A stretch of 24,205 bases of DNA from IMG/VR virus record IMGVR_UViG_3300047279_000032, positions 1-24,205 of that record. One strand, written 5' to 3'. Shown one piece after another: positions 1 through 8,777 of this stretch. The position numbers were made by a program, and so were the translations under genes. The notes under the pieces are model-generated. The model did no database searches. It worked only from the letters and a program-made list of their open reading frames with translations, and was not told the origin of the DNA. The first letter of the stretch is position 1; every line of letters starts with the position of its first letter. This DNA comes from a virus (lineage: Duplodnaviria; Caudoviricetes).

Positions 1-289
1 CTTTACGGTTGCCGCTAATGAAACTTGGTTCATCAATAACAAGTCAGGCTCGACTTGCACTGTGACCTTACCTTCAGCGTCTTTGTATGTTGGTAGGTAT
101 CTGACTTTTAAGAACATGCAGGCACAGACTTTAGTGTCGGCATCTAGCAATGTTGTGCCAATCGACAGTACCAGTGCTGGCACAGCAATCCTCTTGGCAG
201 TTGTAGGAAATTGGGCGACAATGGTGTCTGACGGCACAAATTGGGTCATCATGCAACAAGCCGCTAATAACTGCCTCTTATTGGAGTAA
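1..289 (+). CDS. C-terminal part of a virion structural (tail/tail-fibre-like) protein, 5'-truncated
   Basis: Frame is open from position 2 (FTVAANETWFINNKSGSTCTVTLPSAS...MVSDGTNWVIM) to TAA at 287-289. Beta-rich 'TVTLP...SDGTNW' pattern is typical of phage tail proteins. Confidence 0.6.
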   Translation, partial: FTVAANETWFINNKSGSTCTVTLPSASLYVGRYLTFKNMQAQTLVSASSNVVPIDSTSAGTAILLAVVGNWATMVSDGTNWVIMQQAANNCLLLE

Positions 290-292
290 ACC

Positions 293-628
293 ATGACAGT
301 CACCGTCAAAGTCCTCGTACCGGCTAAATTTGCCGAGAACGCACAAACAACCCAGTACACCGCGACTGGCGTTACGGCCATTATCGACAAGTTCACCGCG
401 ACAAACATTAGCGCGTCTGCCGCCACAATCAGCGTCAACTTGGTCACATCCGCAGGCTCTGCTGGTAACACCAACTTGATCACCAAGACCAAGACTTTGC
501 AAGCGTCTGAGGTCTACACGTTCCCAGAACTGGTCGGTCAAGTGCTTGGCATTGGCGACTTTATCAGTACAATTGCAGGCACAGCCAGCGCAATCAACAT
601 TCGCGTTTCTGGACGTGAGGTGACCTGA
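293..628 (+). CDS. Putative virion structural protein (111 aa, Thr/Ala-rich)
   Basis: GGAG SD upstream, tightly coupled to neighbours, located in the tail/ejection module. Confidence 0.6.
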   Translation: MTVTVKVLVPAKFAENAQTTQYTATGVTAIIDKFTATNISASAATISVNLVTSAGSAGNTNLITKTKTLQASEVYTFPELVGQVLGIGDFISTIAGTASAINIRVSGREVT

Positions 629-1092
629 TGAGGATTGTCTACGGTAAAGGGTTTGAGGTTGACAAGCCCACTTCAATGCTAGACAAGGTGCAAGCCTTGC
701 AAGTCGAAGTGTCTAAGCTGCCTCAATACGAACCTGAGACAAAGCACTATTTCCATGGCGGTATGTACTGCCGTGAAGTGTTTCGTCATGCCGGAGTCTT
801 GGTCGTGGGCGCAGTCCACAAGAAAGAACACTTCTATCTAATCGTGTCTGGTACGGTTGCGATCACCACAGACGATGGGGTGCAAGAGGTTACTGGGCCT
901 CACTTGTTTTCAAGTAAACCTGGTACTAAACGTGCGGTGTATGCAGTTACTGATGCGCTGTGCATGACTTTCCACGCCATCGAGGCAAAAACTGTTGAGG
1001 AAGCTGAGGCCGAATTGGTTGAAGCAGAGCCTAATAGCATGTATAGTCTCGGTAATCAAGTTAAACATCAATCATTAGAGGTGCTGCCATGA
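628..1092 (+). CDS. Cupin-fold (RmlC-like) phage protein
   Basis: HYFHGGMYCRE...VGAVHKKEHFYLIVSG...PGTKRAVYA resembles cupin motifs. TGATG coupling to the upstream gene. Confidence 0.6.
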   Translation: MRIVYGKGFEVDKPTSMLDKVQALQVEVSKLPQYEPETKHYFHGGMYCREVFRHAGVLVVGAVHKKEHFYLIVSGTVAITTDDGVQEVTGPHLFSSKPGTKRAVYAVTDALCMTFHAIEAKTVEEAEAELVEAEPNSMYSLGNQVKHQSLEVLP

Positions 1093-1829
1093 CATTTTGG
1101 GTCGCTGGAGCCGTAGTCGTAAGTTCGGCAATTGGAAGCAGCGCGGCCAAAGGCGCGGCTAAAACGCAATCTGCCGCCGCAGACCGCGCTGCTGAACTTC
1201 AAAACGAACAGTTTCAACAAACTCGACAGGACTATGCGCCCTATCGTGAAGCTGGTTACAACGCCCTAGCCGAACTGCAACGCACTGCAGGTAATGTGCC
1301 TGGCGCGTTTAAGTTTGGCGCAGGCGACTATCAAGCTGACCCAGGCTACGCATTCCGTTTGTCTGAAGGCCAGAAAGCGCTTGATCGTCAGGCGGCTGCC
1401 CGTGGTGGCTTGATCTCTGGAGGCGCTTTAAAAGCAGCGCAACGCTATGGTCAAGAAATGGGATCGCAAGAATTTGGTAACGCATACAATCGAGCGTTAA
1501 CGTCATACAACACTGGCGTGTCTAGTGAAAATCAGTTGTACAACCGTCAAGCCGCATTGGCTGGTATTGGTCAAACCGCTACTGGTCAAGTAGCGCAGGC
1601 TGGCCAAAACTATGCAAACACTGCTGGCAATCTAATAACTGGTGGAGCAGCCGCTCAAGCGGCTGGTCAAGTTGGCCAAGCCAACGCAATTACTGGTGGC
1701 TTGGGTACATATTTAAACTACAGCCAAGGCAACGCATTAACTAACGCATTACGCGGGGGCGGTTATGGCGGCAACTATGCTACCGTTAGCAACCCCTATT
1801 TCACCCCTATGGGTGGCGGTACACCATAA
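1089..1829 (+). CDS. DNA ejection/transfer protein (P22 gp7-like pilot)
   Basis: Hydrophobic Ala/Gly N-terminus, 'APYREAGYNAL', 'DPGYAFRLSEG...AAARGGLISGGALKA'. First of three Ala/Gln/Gly-rich ORFs. Confidence 0.7.
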   Translation: MTFWVAGAVVVSSAIGSSAAKGAAKTQSAAADRAAELQNEQFQQTRQDYAPYREAGYNALAELQRTAGNVPGAFKFGAGDYQADPGYAFRLSEGQKALDRQAAARGGLISGGALKAAQRYGQEMGSQEFGNAYNRALTSYNTGVSSENQLYNRQAALAGIGQTATGQVAQAGQNYANTAGNLITGGAAAQAAGQVGQANAITGGLGTYLNYSQGNALTNALRGGGYGGNYATVSNPYFTPMGGGTP

Positions 1830-1838
1830 GGAACGACA

Positions 1839-3230
1839 ATGGCTATTGACCCAAACATTGCTCTTGGCGTTAGAGGTATTGAAGTCGCCAATCCTTTGGC
1901 GCAGTACAGCCAAATTGCGCAAATTCAAAACGCGCAAAATCAAAATCAATTGGCACAGTTTCAACTTGGTTCGGCTCAACGCGCAGAGAAATCGCAGAAC
2001 TTGTTAGCAGATGCGTATTCGCAAGCGACTGATCCAGAAACAGGCAAAATTGACTACAACAAGTTGACCGGCCTTGTGGCGGCTGGCGGCGGCGGCGCGC
2101 AAATACCCGGCATTCAAAAGACGCGTCTTGAGCAAGAATCCGCAAGCACTAAGTTGTTGACTGACAAGTTAGCCGTTTTACCTAACGCTTACAAATTAGC
2201 TGATACACCAGAAGCATATTTAGCGTTGCATCAATCTGTACACGCAGACCCAGTTCTTGGTCCTTGGCTTAAGAGCATAGGCGCAACGCCCGAAAAAGGG
2301 CTTGCAGCTTTGCAAAATGCTGTTCAAACAGGTAAGTTTGAAGATTTGCGTATGGGATCAATGCAAAGCGTTGGCCAATTACTTGACAGCATGAAACCAA
2401 TATCAGTGGCTGCGGGTAGTTCCGTGTTTGATCCAAGAACAAAATCGTTTACTCAAGCGCCAGAACGAGGCGACACTGATTTGATCCGAAACTATAACGC
2501 TGCTAAAGCGCAAGGTTTTACAGGTACTCTTTTTGATTACGAACGTAAAATTAAAGAAGCTAGTCGTACACCAGCGCCGCCTTCTGCGCCAGTTGCAGTT
2601 ATTGGTCCAGATGGTAGGCCAATGTACGTATCGCGTGAGCAGGCAATTAGTCAAAGAATGCAACCCGCATCTGACGCAACTAGTTTAAAACCTTTAACAG
2701 AAGGACAAACAATTAAATTGCGTACCGATGTTGGTAAAGACTACAAAGCGGCCACAACTGCTTTGTCGCAGATGGACGACTTGCTCGATTCAATTGATAA
2801 AGTTAAGACTGCGCCAGGCTTGTCAGCCGCTACTGGCTTTACCGGCAAATATTTGCCATCGTTCTCTGAAGGTAAAGCGGCCCAAGCTGAAACACGCCTT
2901 GCTAACTTACGAGGTAAAGTGACCGCGCTAGGTAAAGCGACTGCGGCCATGTCAGGCGCAATCGGGTCAATTGCAAACCAAGAGTGGAAAATTTTGTCTG
3001 ATCAAATTGCCGCGCTTGATGAAGTCAAAGGTAAAGGCCCGTTGCTTGAGCAGATTGACTTGGTTGAGCAACAAGCACTTGGCGCTATTAACCGCATCCG
3101 CGACACTTATGAAAAGACGCGCTCTGAAGACTTTCAACGCTTCCCTCAGTTTCGCGATTTACCTGCTCCACGCGGTAAGAAAGATTCCGGCGGTGGTGGT
3201 ATTGACGCACTTCTTGATAAGTACAAATAA
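1839..3230 (+). CDS. DNA ejection protein (P22 gp20-like position)
   Basis: 463 aa, Gln/Ala-rich and helical, AAGGA SD, second in the ejection trio. Confidence 0.6.
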   Translation: MAIDPNIALGVRGIEVANPLAQYSQIAQIQNAQNQNQLAQFQLGSAQRAEKSQNLLADAYSQATDPETGKIDYNKLTGLVAAGGGGAQIPGIQKTRLEQESASTKLLTDKLAVLPNAYKLADTPEAYLALHQSVHADPVLGPWLKSIGATPEKGLAALQNAVQTGKFEDLRMGSMQSVGQLLDSMKPISVAAGSSVFDPRTKSFTQAPERGDTDLIRNYNAAKAQGFTGTLFDYERKIKEASRTPAPPSAPVAVIGPDGRPMYVSREQAISQRMQPASDATSLKPLTEGQTIKLRTDVGKDYKAATTALSQMDDLLDSIDKVKTAPGLSAATGFTGKYLPSFSEGKAAQAETRLANLRGKVTALGKATAAMSGAIGSIANQEWKILSDQIAALDEVKGKGPLLEQIDLVEQQALGAINRIRDTYEKTRSEDFQRFPQFRDLPAPRGKKDSGGGGIDALLDKYK

Positions 3231-3232
3231 TT

Positions 3233-5476
3233 ATGGCCACACTCGAACAACTCAGCGCAGCGTTGGTCAAGGCCGATGCTGCTGGCAACACCGCAGACGC
3301 TAAAGCATTTGCTGATGAGATTCGACGCATGCGCGCAACCCAAGCGCCTGCCGAAGCGCCTGCCGCAAGAGGTCGTGCAGGTATGTTTGACATGTTGTCC
3401 GCACCGTTTGAGATGGGCGCCGCGCTTGCAGCCAAGCCACGCAAAGAACAAGTTGAGTTTATTGCGCCTGCTGTTGAAGCGCTAGGAAGTGCTGGCGGCG
3501 CAATAGTTGGGTCTAGCGCAGGCCCATTGGGCACCGTAACTGGCGCAGGTGCTGGCTATGCTGGCGCTAAAGAGTTGTTGCGTTTTGCCGCAGGCGAAAG
3601 CGGCAAAGAAACACTCCCACAATCCGCTGTACGTCAAGCACAGAACGTGCTTGAGGGCGCAACAATGGAAGCCTTTGGCCGTGGTGTTGTAAGCCCTGTC
3701 ATCGCCAAAGGGGCCGAATACGCAAACAAACTTAAAAACATCAAACTTGACCAATACGTTAAAGCTGTTGGCGACAAGGGCGAAGAGATTGTCAATGCTT
3801 TGCGTGGTCGCACACAAATCGTTCCAGGCACATCTCCAACTGCCGGCGAAGTCGCCGCGCCTGCGGGTAGCGTAGGACTGTCAGTATTGCAAGCGCGCGC
3901 TCGTCAAGTGCCAGGCGCAGCAGACATTTACGCATCCAAAGAAGCGCAAAACATTGTTGCCCGTCAAGAGCAAGAAGTACGTGCGGCGGCTAAATTTGAC
4001 GCATCTAAGCAACGCATTCAAGCAAAAATTGATCGCGGTTTAGTTAACGTAACGCCCGGCGAAGTTGGCAGCACATTAATTGACGCGGCCAAGGCCGAGC
4101 AAAAAGCAGTCAAAACAAACGTAATAAAACCCGCCTACGATGCGGCGTTTGACGCCGCCGGCGACGCAAAGATTGATGTATCAAAAGTTGTCAGTGAAGC
4201 CGAACGCATTTTGGACCGCAAGTTGTCCAGTTTTGCTACTGAGACTGCACCTGACACGGTTCGCAAGTTGCGCGGTTTTATGCCGTCAGTACCTGAAGCG
4301 GAAGCAGTAACTGTTGGTAAAGCAGGCTTTAAGACGGCCAAAGCGCCTACGCCGCCTCCAGCAACGCCTGAAGCAACTCTCTTGCAACTTGATGACGTTC
4401 GCAAAGCCATCAATGCAGACATTGCGGCGGCCTCGGCCAGCAACGCGCCTATGGCGGCCACAACATTGCGAAATTTAAAGCAGTTGCACGCTGCAATTGA
4501 CGACGCAGTTAAGTCAAGCACTACTTTGACCGACGAAGCTAAGACGCTGTATAAAGGCGCGCTGGACACCTATCGCACACAATACGCGCCGCGCTTTAAA
4601 GAAGGCATCAACGCAAACTTGTTCAAGCAAACAAACTTGCAAGAGACTAAGATCAAGCCAGAAGATGTCGTCAGCAAATACTTTCAGCCCAAGGGCGAAA
4701 GCGAAGCCAAAGACTTCTTGCGTTTGTTTGATAAGAACCCAGACGCAATGAAGATTGCCCGCACTGGCATTGAGGACCTATACCGCCGCGAAGTAACAGA
4801 TGCCGCTGGCCGCGTAACGCCAGAGTCGCACGCTACGTTTATGAAGAAGTATGCAGAGCCACTCAAAATTCTTGATGGCGCCGGCATGAACATTACTCAG
4901 CGCGTCGGCGTTGTTGCAAAAGACGCCGCTCGTTTGGCAAAAATTGAAGAGCTTGCCAAAGCCAGCGGCAATAAATTAGCGCCGGCATTACCAGCAGGCG
5001 CCAACGCGCTTGCAGTTGAACAGCGAATTGGTGAGTTGACCAAACAATTTACACCTGAACAATTAAGCCATGTAAACGCGGTGAGACAGGACCTGTTGCG
5101 TGAAGGCGAATATCAGCGCTTGGTCAAAGCTGGCGCCGATGCAGGCACTGACCTTAAAAGTTTGGCCACAAAAACTGGTAAAGAAGCTGGTCTGCCTTTA
5201 CCCAACTTTTTGTCTGTACCAATTACGGTGTTTAACAATGTCGTTAAGCGCTTGGCGCTACGCATGGACGATAAGATCGCGCTAGAGATTGCGCGTGAGT
5301 TGACCAACCCCGCTATTGCTGCTGATCAAATTGAAGCCGCTATCAAACTGCAAGCGGCTCGCCGTGCGGCGACGCCTGGCGTTGGTACTGCCGCAGGCTT
5401 GGCCGGCACACGGGCGGTCGGCGCTGAAATGTCGCGTCGCGCTGAACCTGAAAACCAAAACGCATTGGCTCGATAA
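3233..5476 (+). CDS. Large DNA ejection protein (P22 gp16-like position)
   Basis: 747 aa, Ala-rich and helical, with Gly-rich hydrophobic segment GSAGGAIVGSSAGPLGTVTGAGAG. Last gene before the lysis cassette. Confidence 0.6.
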   Translation: MATLEQLSAALVKADAAGNTADAKAFADEIRRMRATQAPAEAPAARGRAGMFDMLSAPFEMGAALAAKPRKEQVEFIAPAVEALGSAGGAIVGSSAGPLGTVTGAGAGYAGAKELLRFAAGESGKETLPQSAVRQAQNVLEGATMEAFGRGVVSPVIAKGAEYANKLKNIKLDQYVKAVGDKGEEIVNALRGRTQIVPGTSPTAGEVAAPAGSVGLSVLQARARQVPGAADIYASKEAQNIVARQEQEVRAAAKFDASKQRIQAKIDRGLVNVTPGEVGSTLIDAAKAEQKAVKTNVIKPAYDAAFDAAGDAKIDVSKVVSEAERILDRKLSSFATETAPDTVRKLRGFMPSVPEAEAVTVGKAGFKTAKAPTPPPATPEATLLQLDDVRKAINADIAAASASNAPMAATTLRNLKQLHAAIDDAVKSSTTLTDEAKTLYKGALDTYRTQYAPRFKEGINANLFKQTNLQETKIKPEDVVSKYFQPKGESEAKDFLRLFDKNPDAMKIARTGIEDLYRREVTDAAGRVTPESHATFMKKYAEPLKILDGAGMNITQRVGVVAKDAARLAKIEELAKASGNKLAPALPAGANALAVEQRIGELTKQFTPEQLSHVNAVRQDLLREGEYQRLVKAGADAGTDLKSLATKTGKEAGLPLPNFLSVPITVFNNVVKRLALRMDDKIALEIARELTNPAIAADQIEAAIKLQAARRAATPGVGTAAGLAGTRAVGAEMSRRAEPENQNALAR

Positions 5477-5697
5477 TGGACACTCAAGTTCTATTTAACA
5501 TAGCGGTCAGTCTCGCAGGGTTCTTAGGTGGTTGGGTGTTAAACAACATCTACCGATCACTGGAACGCCTCGACACGGACGTGCGGGCCATGCCTTTGAA
5601 CTACGTTACACGCGATGACTACCGCGCCGACATGCGCGATGTAAAAGACATGCTGGGCAAGATCTTCGATAAACTCGATAGCAAGGTTGACAAATGA
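5476..5697 (+). CDS. Small membrane protein (N-terminal TM plus coiled coil), lysis-cassette associated
   Basis: VLFNIAVSLAGFLGGWVL TM segment followed by heptad-like C-terminus. TAATG coupling. Confidence 0.6.
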   Translation: MDTQVLFNIAVSLAGFLGGWVLNNIYRSLERLDTDVRAMPLNYVTRDDYRADMRDVKDMLGKIFDKLDSKVDK

Positions 5698-5982
5698 ATG
5701 CGAGTACTGCTTTTTCTACTGCTGTTGCTGCTATCAAGGGCTACGGCCAAAGAGTCATGCTTCGTCTCCGACTTCTATGGTCTAAGCTGGCTCGGAAACC
5801 CGAGTGAGCGACACCAGCGTCTGTCTGAGTGGCTAACCACAAACGGCGACGCTTGTAGTTCGGAACAACTGGTAGGCATTTGGAATAACTTGGCGCTGTG
5901 GGCTGGCGTTGCGGATAGCGCAGAACTGCGGTCAAAAGTGCTGTATTACTATGCGAGGGCTGTGGAGAGGGAAAAGAAATGA
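5698..5982 (+). CDS. Putative exported protein with signal peptide
   Basis: MRVLLFLLLLLLSRATA signal-like N-terminus, two Cys in the mature part. Confidence 0.55.
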   Translation: MRVLLFLLLLLLSRATAKESCFVSDFYGLSWLGNPSERHQRLSEWLTTNGDACSSEQLVGIWNNLALWAGVADSAELRSKVLYYYARAVEREKK

Positions 5983-6215
5983 TTACCTTGAATAAATGGT
6001 ATCCGTTAGTTCAGCCGACCCACACCGCCACTCAGTTGGCATTTGACAAGGCGGTAGAAAAAGTTCAGGAAGACTACAGATATGCGGTGGAATGTCTTAA
6101 ACAAGTTAAAAAAACTGAAGATTTGGAAGTTGAACTTTACAACAAGCGCGGCAGACAAAACACAATTGAACTTGGATCCTTTGAAGACCGCAGACGATTC
6201 CAAATCTTTGTATGA
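5979..6215 (+). CDS. Hypothetical protein (78 aa)
   Basis: ATGA overlap with the upstream ORF and in-operon position. Confidence 0.55.
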   Translation: MITLNKWYPLVQPTHTATQLAFDKAVEKVQEDYRYAVECLKQVKKTEDLEVELYNKRGRQNTIELGSFEDRRRFQIFV

Positions 6216-6222
6216 GGGCAGC

Positions 6223-6465
6223 ATGGAAAACACAACAAGCACCAAAGAAAAGCTAACGCTGTATGTGACCTTGATGGTCAGCACCACGCTTTGCCTTTCC
6301 GTCTTGGCCATGGTTGTCGCGTTCATGCTAGGTCTGTGGGCCAAAGAGGTGGACAACGCCGAAATCTTCAAGATGATTAGCCCTGCCTTCTCAACGCTGA
6401 TCGGCGGCATGATCGGCTTTCTGTCAGGCATCAAACTAATGCAAAACGATGAGGAAAAGAAATGA
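6223..6465 (+). CDS. Two-TM membrane protein (80 aa)
   Basis: Start re-called at ATG 6223 after GAGG. Two hydrophobic segments (LTLYVTLMV...MLGLW and AFSTLIGGMIGFLSGI). Confidence 0.6.
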   Translation: MENTTSTKEKLTLYVTLMVSTTLCLSVLAMVVAFMLGLWAKEVDNAEIFKMISPAFSTLIGGMIGFLSGIKLMQNDEEKK

Positions 6466-6869
6466 TCGGACTAGATGCAATTCTAAACGTGGGCAGCAAG
6501 CTCATCGACAAGTTGATCCCTGACCCAGAGGCCAAGGCTCGGGCGCAGCTTGAATTACAAAAGATGGCGCAAGATGGCGAGTTGGCTAAGATGGCCAACG
6601 AAACCAAACTGTACGAGACTGAGCAAAACAACCTCACACAGCGCATGCAAGCCGACATGGCGTCTGACTCTTGGCTGTCCAAAAATATACGCCCTATGAC
6701 GCTTATATTCCTTTTGGTGGCCTATTCTGGCTTTGCCATCGCGTCCATCTTTGAATACGAGACGCGCGGCGCCTACGTTGAGTTGCTGGGGCAGTGGGGC
6801 ATGCTCGTCATGTCGTTCTACTTCGGTGGCCGCACCATGGAAAAGATCGCAGATAGGGTTAAAAAATGA
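6462..6869 (+). CDS. Holin (3-TM / GTA-holin-like family)
   Basis: KLIDKLIPDPEAK...DSWLSKNIRP...TM...SFYFGGRTMEK signature, directly upstream of the endolysin. Confidence 0.75.
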   Translation: MIGLDAILNVGSKLIDKLIPDPEAKARAQLELQKMAQDGELAKMANETKLYETEQNNLTQRMQADMASDSWLSKNIRPMTLIFLLVAYSGFAIASIFEYETRGAYVELLGQWGMLVMSFYFGGRTMEKIADRVKK

Positions 6870-7288
6870 CACCACACTTTACTCTTGAAGAACTAACGCA
6901 CACCGATCACCGTGAGTTAGACAACACGCCAAATGAATCCGAAATCGCAAATATCCAAAGGCTTGCTGAATTTCTTGAGCAAGTCAAAGAAGTATTGGGT
7001 GGCAAGCCCATCATGGTCAACTCAGCTTTCAGATCAAAGGCTGTCAATGACGCTGTGGGCAGTAAAGATACTTCTCAGCATCGCATCGGCTGCGCTGCTG
7101 ACATTCGTGTACCCTCTATGACGCCCGACCAAGTGGTCAGGGCAATCATCGCCAGTGATCTTGGGTATGACCAAATCATCCGCGAGTTTGACCGCTGGAC
7201 GCATGTGAGCATACCCAACACGCCAGAGGCCAAACCACGCAAGCAAGCGCTGATCATTGATCGGACTGGGACTCGGGCATTTGCTTAG
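6866..7288 (+). CDS. Endolysin, peptidase M15 family (Zn D-Ala-D-Ala peptidase-like)
   Basis: HFTLEEL...NSAFRSKAVNDAVG..SQH..G.AADI...WTHVS: SxH-x6-D and a distal His as Zn ligands. Confidence 0.85.
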   Translation: MTPHFTLEELTHTDHRELDNTPNESEIANIQRLAEFLEQVKEVLGGKPIMVNSAFRSKAVNDAVGSKDTSQHRIGCAADIRVPSMTPDQVVRAIIASDLGYDQIIREFDRWTHVSIPNTPEAKPRKQALIIDRTGTRAFA

Positions 7289-7439
7289 TCAGCGTGCGGT
7301 AAGCCTCAATCGCAGTCTTGAGGTCGCACTGCAAGTGCTGGATGATGTCATCTTGTTCGCACAGTTTGGCGTAAGCCTCGCCTGCGAACTTGGTCAGGTT
7401 GGCTTGGCTCCAGGTAGAAAAGTCTGGTCTGTTAGTCAT
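7254..7439 (-). CDS. Hypothetical protein (61 aa)
   Basis: AAAGAG upstream, last ORF of the leftward operon, overlaps the endolysin 3' end convergently. Confidence 0.55.
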   Translation of the reverse strand: MTNRPDFSTWSQANLTKFAGEAYAKLCEQDDIIQHLQCDLKTAIEAYRTLTKQMPESQSDQ

Positions 7440-7623
7440 TGATCTCTTTCTTTGATGGCGCGTCTAATTCAAGGCGGTAATACTTGGCGGGCATCTTGGC
7501 GTTCTTGTCCAAGTGTTTGCGCAGCCAGTCTATGCCGCCTAGTTCTTGGAAGATCATCATGTGACGATCTGTCAGCCTGATCTGGCGTCCTTTAAGCGGC
7601 TCTAGCGGTTTTGGGCGTGGCAT
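7432..7623 (-). CDS. Putative ribbon-helix-helix DNA-binding protein
   Basis: MPRPK...RQIRLTDRHMMIFQELGGIDWLRKHLD fits a beta-strand/helix/GG/helix pattern. Confidence 0.5.
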   Translation of the reverse strand: MPRPKPLEPLKGRQIRLTDRHMMIFQELGGIDWLRKHLDKNAKMPAKYYRLELDAPSKKEIND

Positions 7624-7753
7624 ATTGTTTCAAGTGTCTGTTGGTTGTTCGGTTAATCCAGCATCTTTGGCAGTGCCATTTAACCCCTATGTCTACGCCG
7701 CCTTCGGGCGGTTTGTCTGCTTTACACTCGGCGCAGAATTTAAATTTGTGCAT
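7592..7753 (-). CDS. Small zinc-finger-like protein (53 aa)
   Basis: MHKFKFCAECK...WHCQRC has two CxxC motifs. Start re-called at ATG 7753. Confidence 0.45.
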   Translation of the reverse strand: MHKFKFCAECKADKPPEGGVDIGVKWHCQRCWINRTTNRHLKQYATPKTARAA

Positions 7754-7899
7754 TGTTTTTGAAGTGATATGGGCATGTAGATGCACGCCTTGGATTTGCT
7801 GTTTTGCACGACAAGGCGGGCAGTGGGCGCCCGCCGTTTGCAGTTCATGCACTTGGCGCATGGCTGAACGGGCGCGCATTCGATGTAATTAAAAAGCAC
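7693..7899 (-). CDS. Cys-rich hypothetical protein
   Basis: GTG start overlapping the upstream stop. C-x5-C-x2-C-x2-C...C. Overlaps the next ORF by about 60 nt, so uncertain. Confidence 0.35.
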   Translation of the reverse strand: MLFNYIECAPVQPCAKCMNCKRRAPTARLVVQNSKSKACIYMPISLQKQCTNLNSAPSVKQTNRPKAA

Positions 7900-8068
7900 G
7901 GACTTTCTCAGGTGGGGGTGGTTGCATGTTTTCAGACGGTGGCGTCCAACCATTCTCACGCCAGCGTGCCTGCACGTCTGAGCCGCGCTGGTAGTTAAAT
8001 GTGGGGTCGTTCAGGCACTTGCTCGGGTAGGTTATTTTAGTACCTTGGGGTGGCGTCCAATTTATCAT
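7889..8068 (-). CDS. Hypothetical protein (59 aa, MINWTPPQG...GWTPPSE...), not in the ORF track
   Basis: Read by hand. AGGAG SD and ATGA overlap with the upstream ORF. Confidence 0.55.
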   Translation of the reverse strand: MINWTPPQGTKITYPSKCLNDPTFNYQRGSDVQARWRENGWTPPSENMQPPPPEKVRAF

Positions 8069-8256
8069 GGTTGTATTGCTCCTTTGAGTAGTTCTAGTCT
8101 CTCCCGCGCAACGCGCAGGGTGTTGTAGCGCTGGTGAAGGCGCTGAAGCATGGAGACGCGCTTGGCGCCTTCAAGTTCTTCGTTGAGCAGGCTGAGGACT
8201 TCTTCTTCGCTCAGACGGCTTAATTTGCTGTTAAGGCTTCGCCAGGTGTCGTTCAA
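8065..8256 (-). CDS. Hypothetical helical protein (63 aa)
   Basis: TTG start after GGAG. (M)NDTWRSLN...RLHQRYNTLRVARER. Confidence 0.6.
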   Translation of the reverse strand: MNDTWRSLNSKLSRLSEEEVLSLLNEELEGAKRVSMLQRLHQRYNTLRVARERLELLKGAIQP

Positions 8257-8392
8257 TTTTGTTCTCCAGTTCGGTGATCGTTGTTCTGACGTGCATGAGA
8301 GCGCGGATAGCCGCGTTGGCTTCTCGGTTGCGTATGCGTAGTTCTGCTTTGGCCACTTTGAGTTTGGCCTTCCATTGGTCAATTCGTTTCAT
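8231..8392 (-). CDS. Hypothetical coiled-coil protein (53 aa, MKRIDQWKAKLK...), not in the ORF track
   Basis: Read by hand. ATGA overlap with the glutaredoxin stop. Confidence 0.55.
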   Translation of the reverse strand: MKRIDQWKAKLKVAKAELRIRNREANAAIRALMHVRTTITELENKIERHLAKP

Positions 8393-8688
8393 TTCAATGC
8401 TTCCTGTAGTCCAGCCAAGCCGCCTACGCGCTGACCGTTGATAAAAATCTGCGGCATCTGGCGCACGCCTGTGGGCAAGTTGTCAAGTAGCGAGGGCATT
8501 GACTCAACGTCCATCTCAACATAGTTGATGTTCTTAGCCCGCAAAAGCTGTTTGGCCGCTGTGCAGTTGGGGCACTTGCGCTTGGTGTAGATAACCACTT
8601 CCATGGCGCTCCAGTAGTAGGGTTGACCTTTAAGATTGTTTTCCATGGCGATGCGGTCAAACTCGTCATCTTCGTCGGTGCGGATCAT
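8389..8688 (-). CDS. Glutaredoxin (Grx3/NrdH-like) with acidic N-terminal extension
   Basis: VVIYTKRKCPNC...VRQMPQIFINGQRVGG: CPxC active site, cis-Pro loop and GG motif. Confidence 0.85.
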   Translation of the reverse strand: MIRTDEDDEFDRIAMENNLKGQPYYWSAMEVVIYTKRKCPNCTAAKQLLRAKNINYVEMDVESMPSLLDNLPTGVRQMPQIFINGQRVGGLAGLQEALK

Positions 8689-8777
8689 AGTGGGGCGTCC
8701 TCAAAGTTATCAGGGTTAAACTTAGGCACGTTAGCGCCTTTGTCCTTGGGGTTTGGAAATGGTGGGAATGGCCACAT
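8685..8777 (-). CDS. Pro-rich micro-protein (30 aa, MWPFPPFPNPKDKGANVPKFNPDNFEDAPL)
   Basis: Fills the gap exactly, with TAATG coupling to the helicase and ATGA coupling to the glutaredoxin. GGAGG SD. Confidence 0.5.
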   Translation of the reverse strand: MWPFPPFPNPKDKGANVPKFNPDNFEDAPL

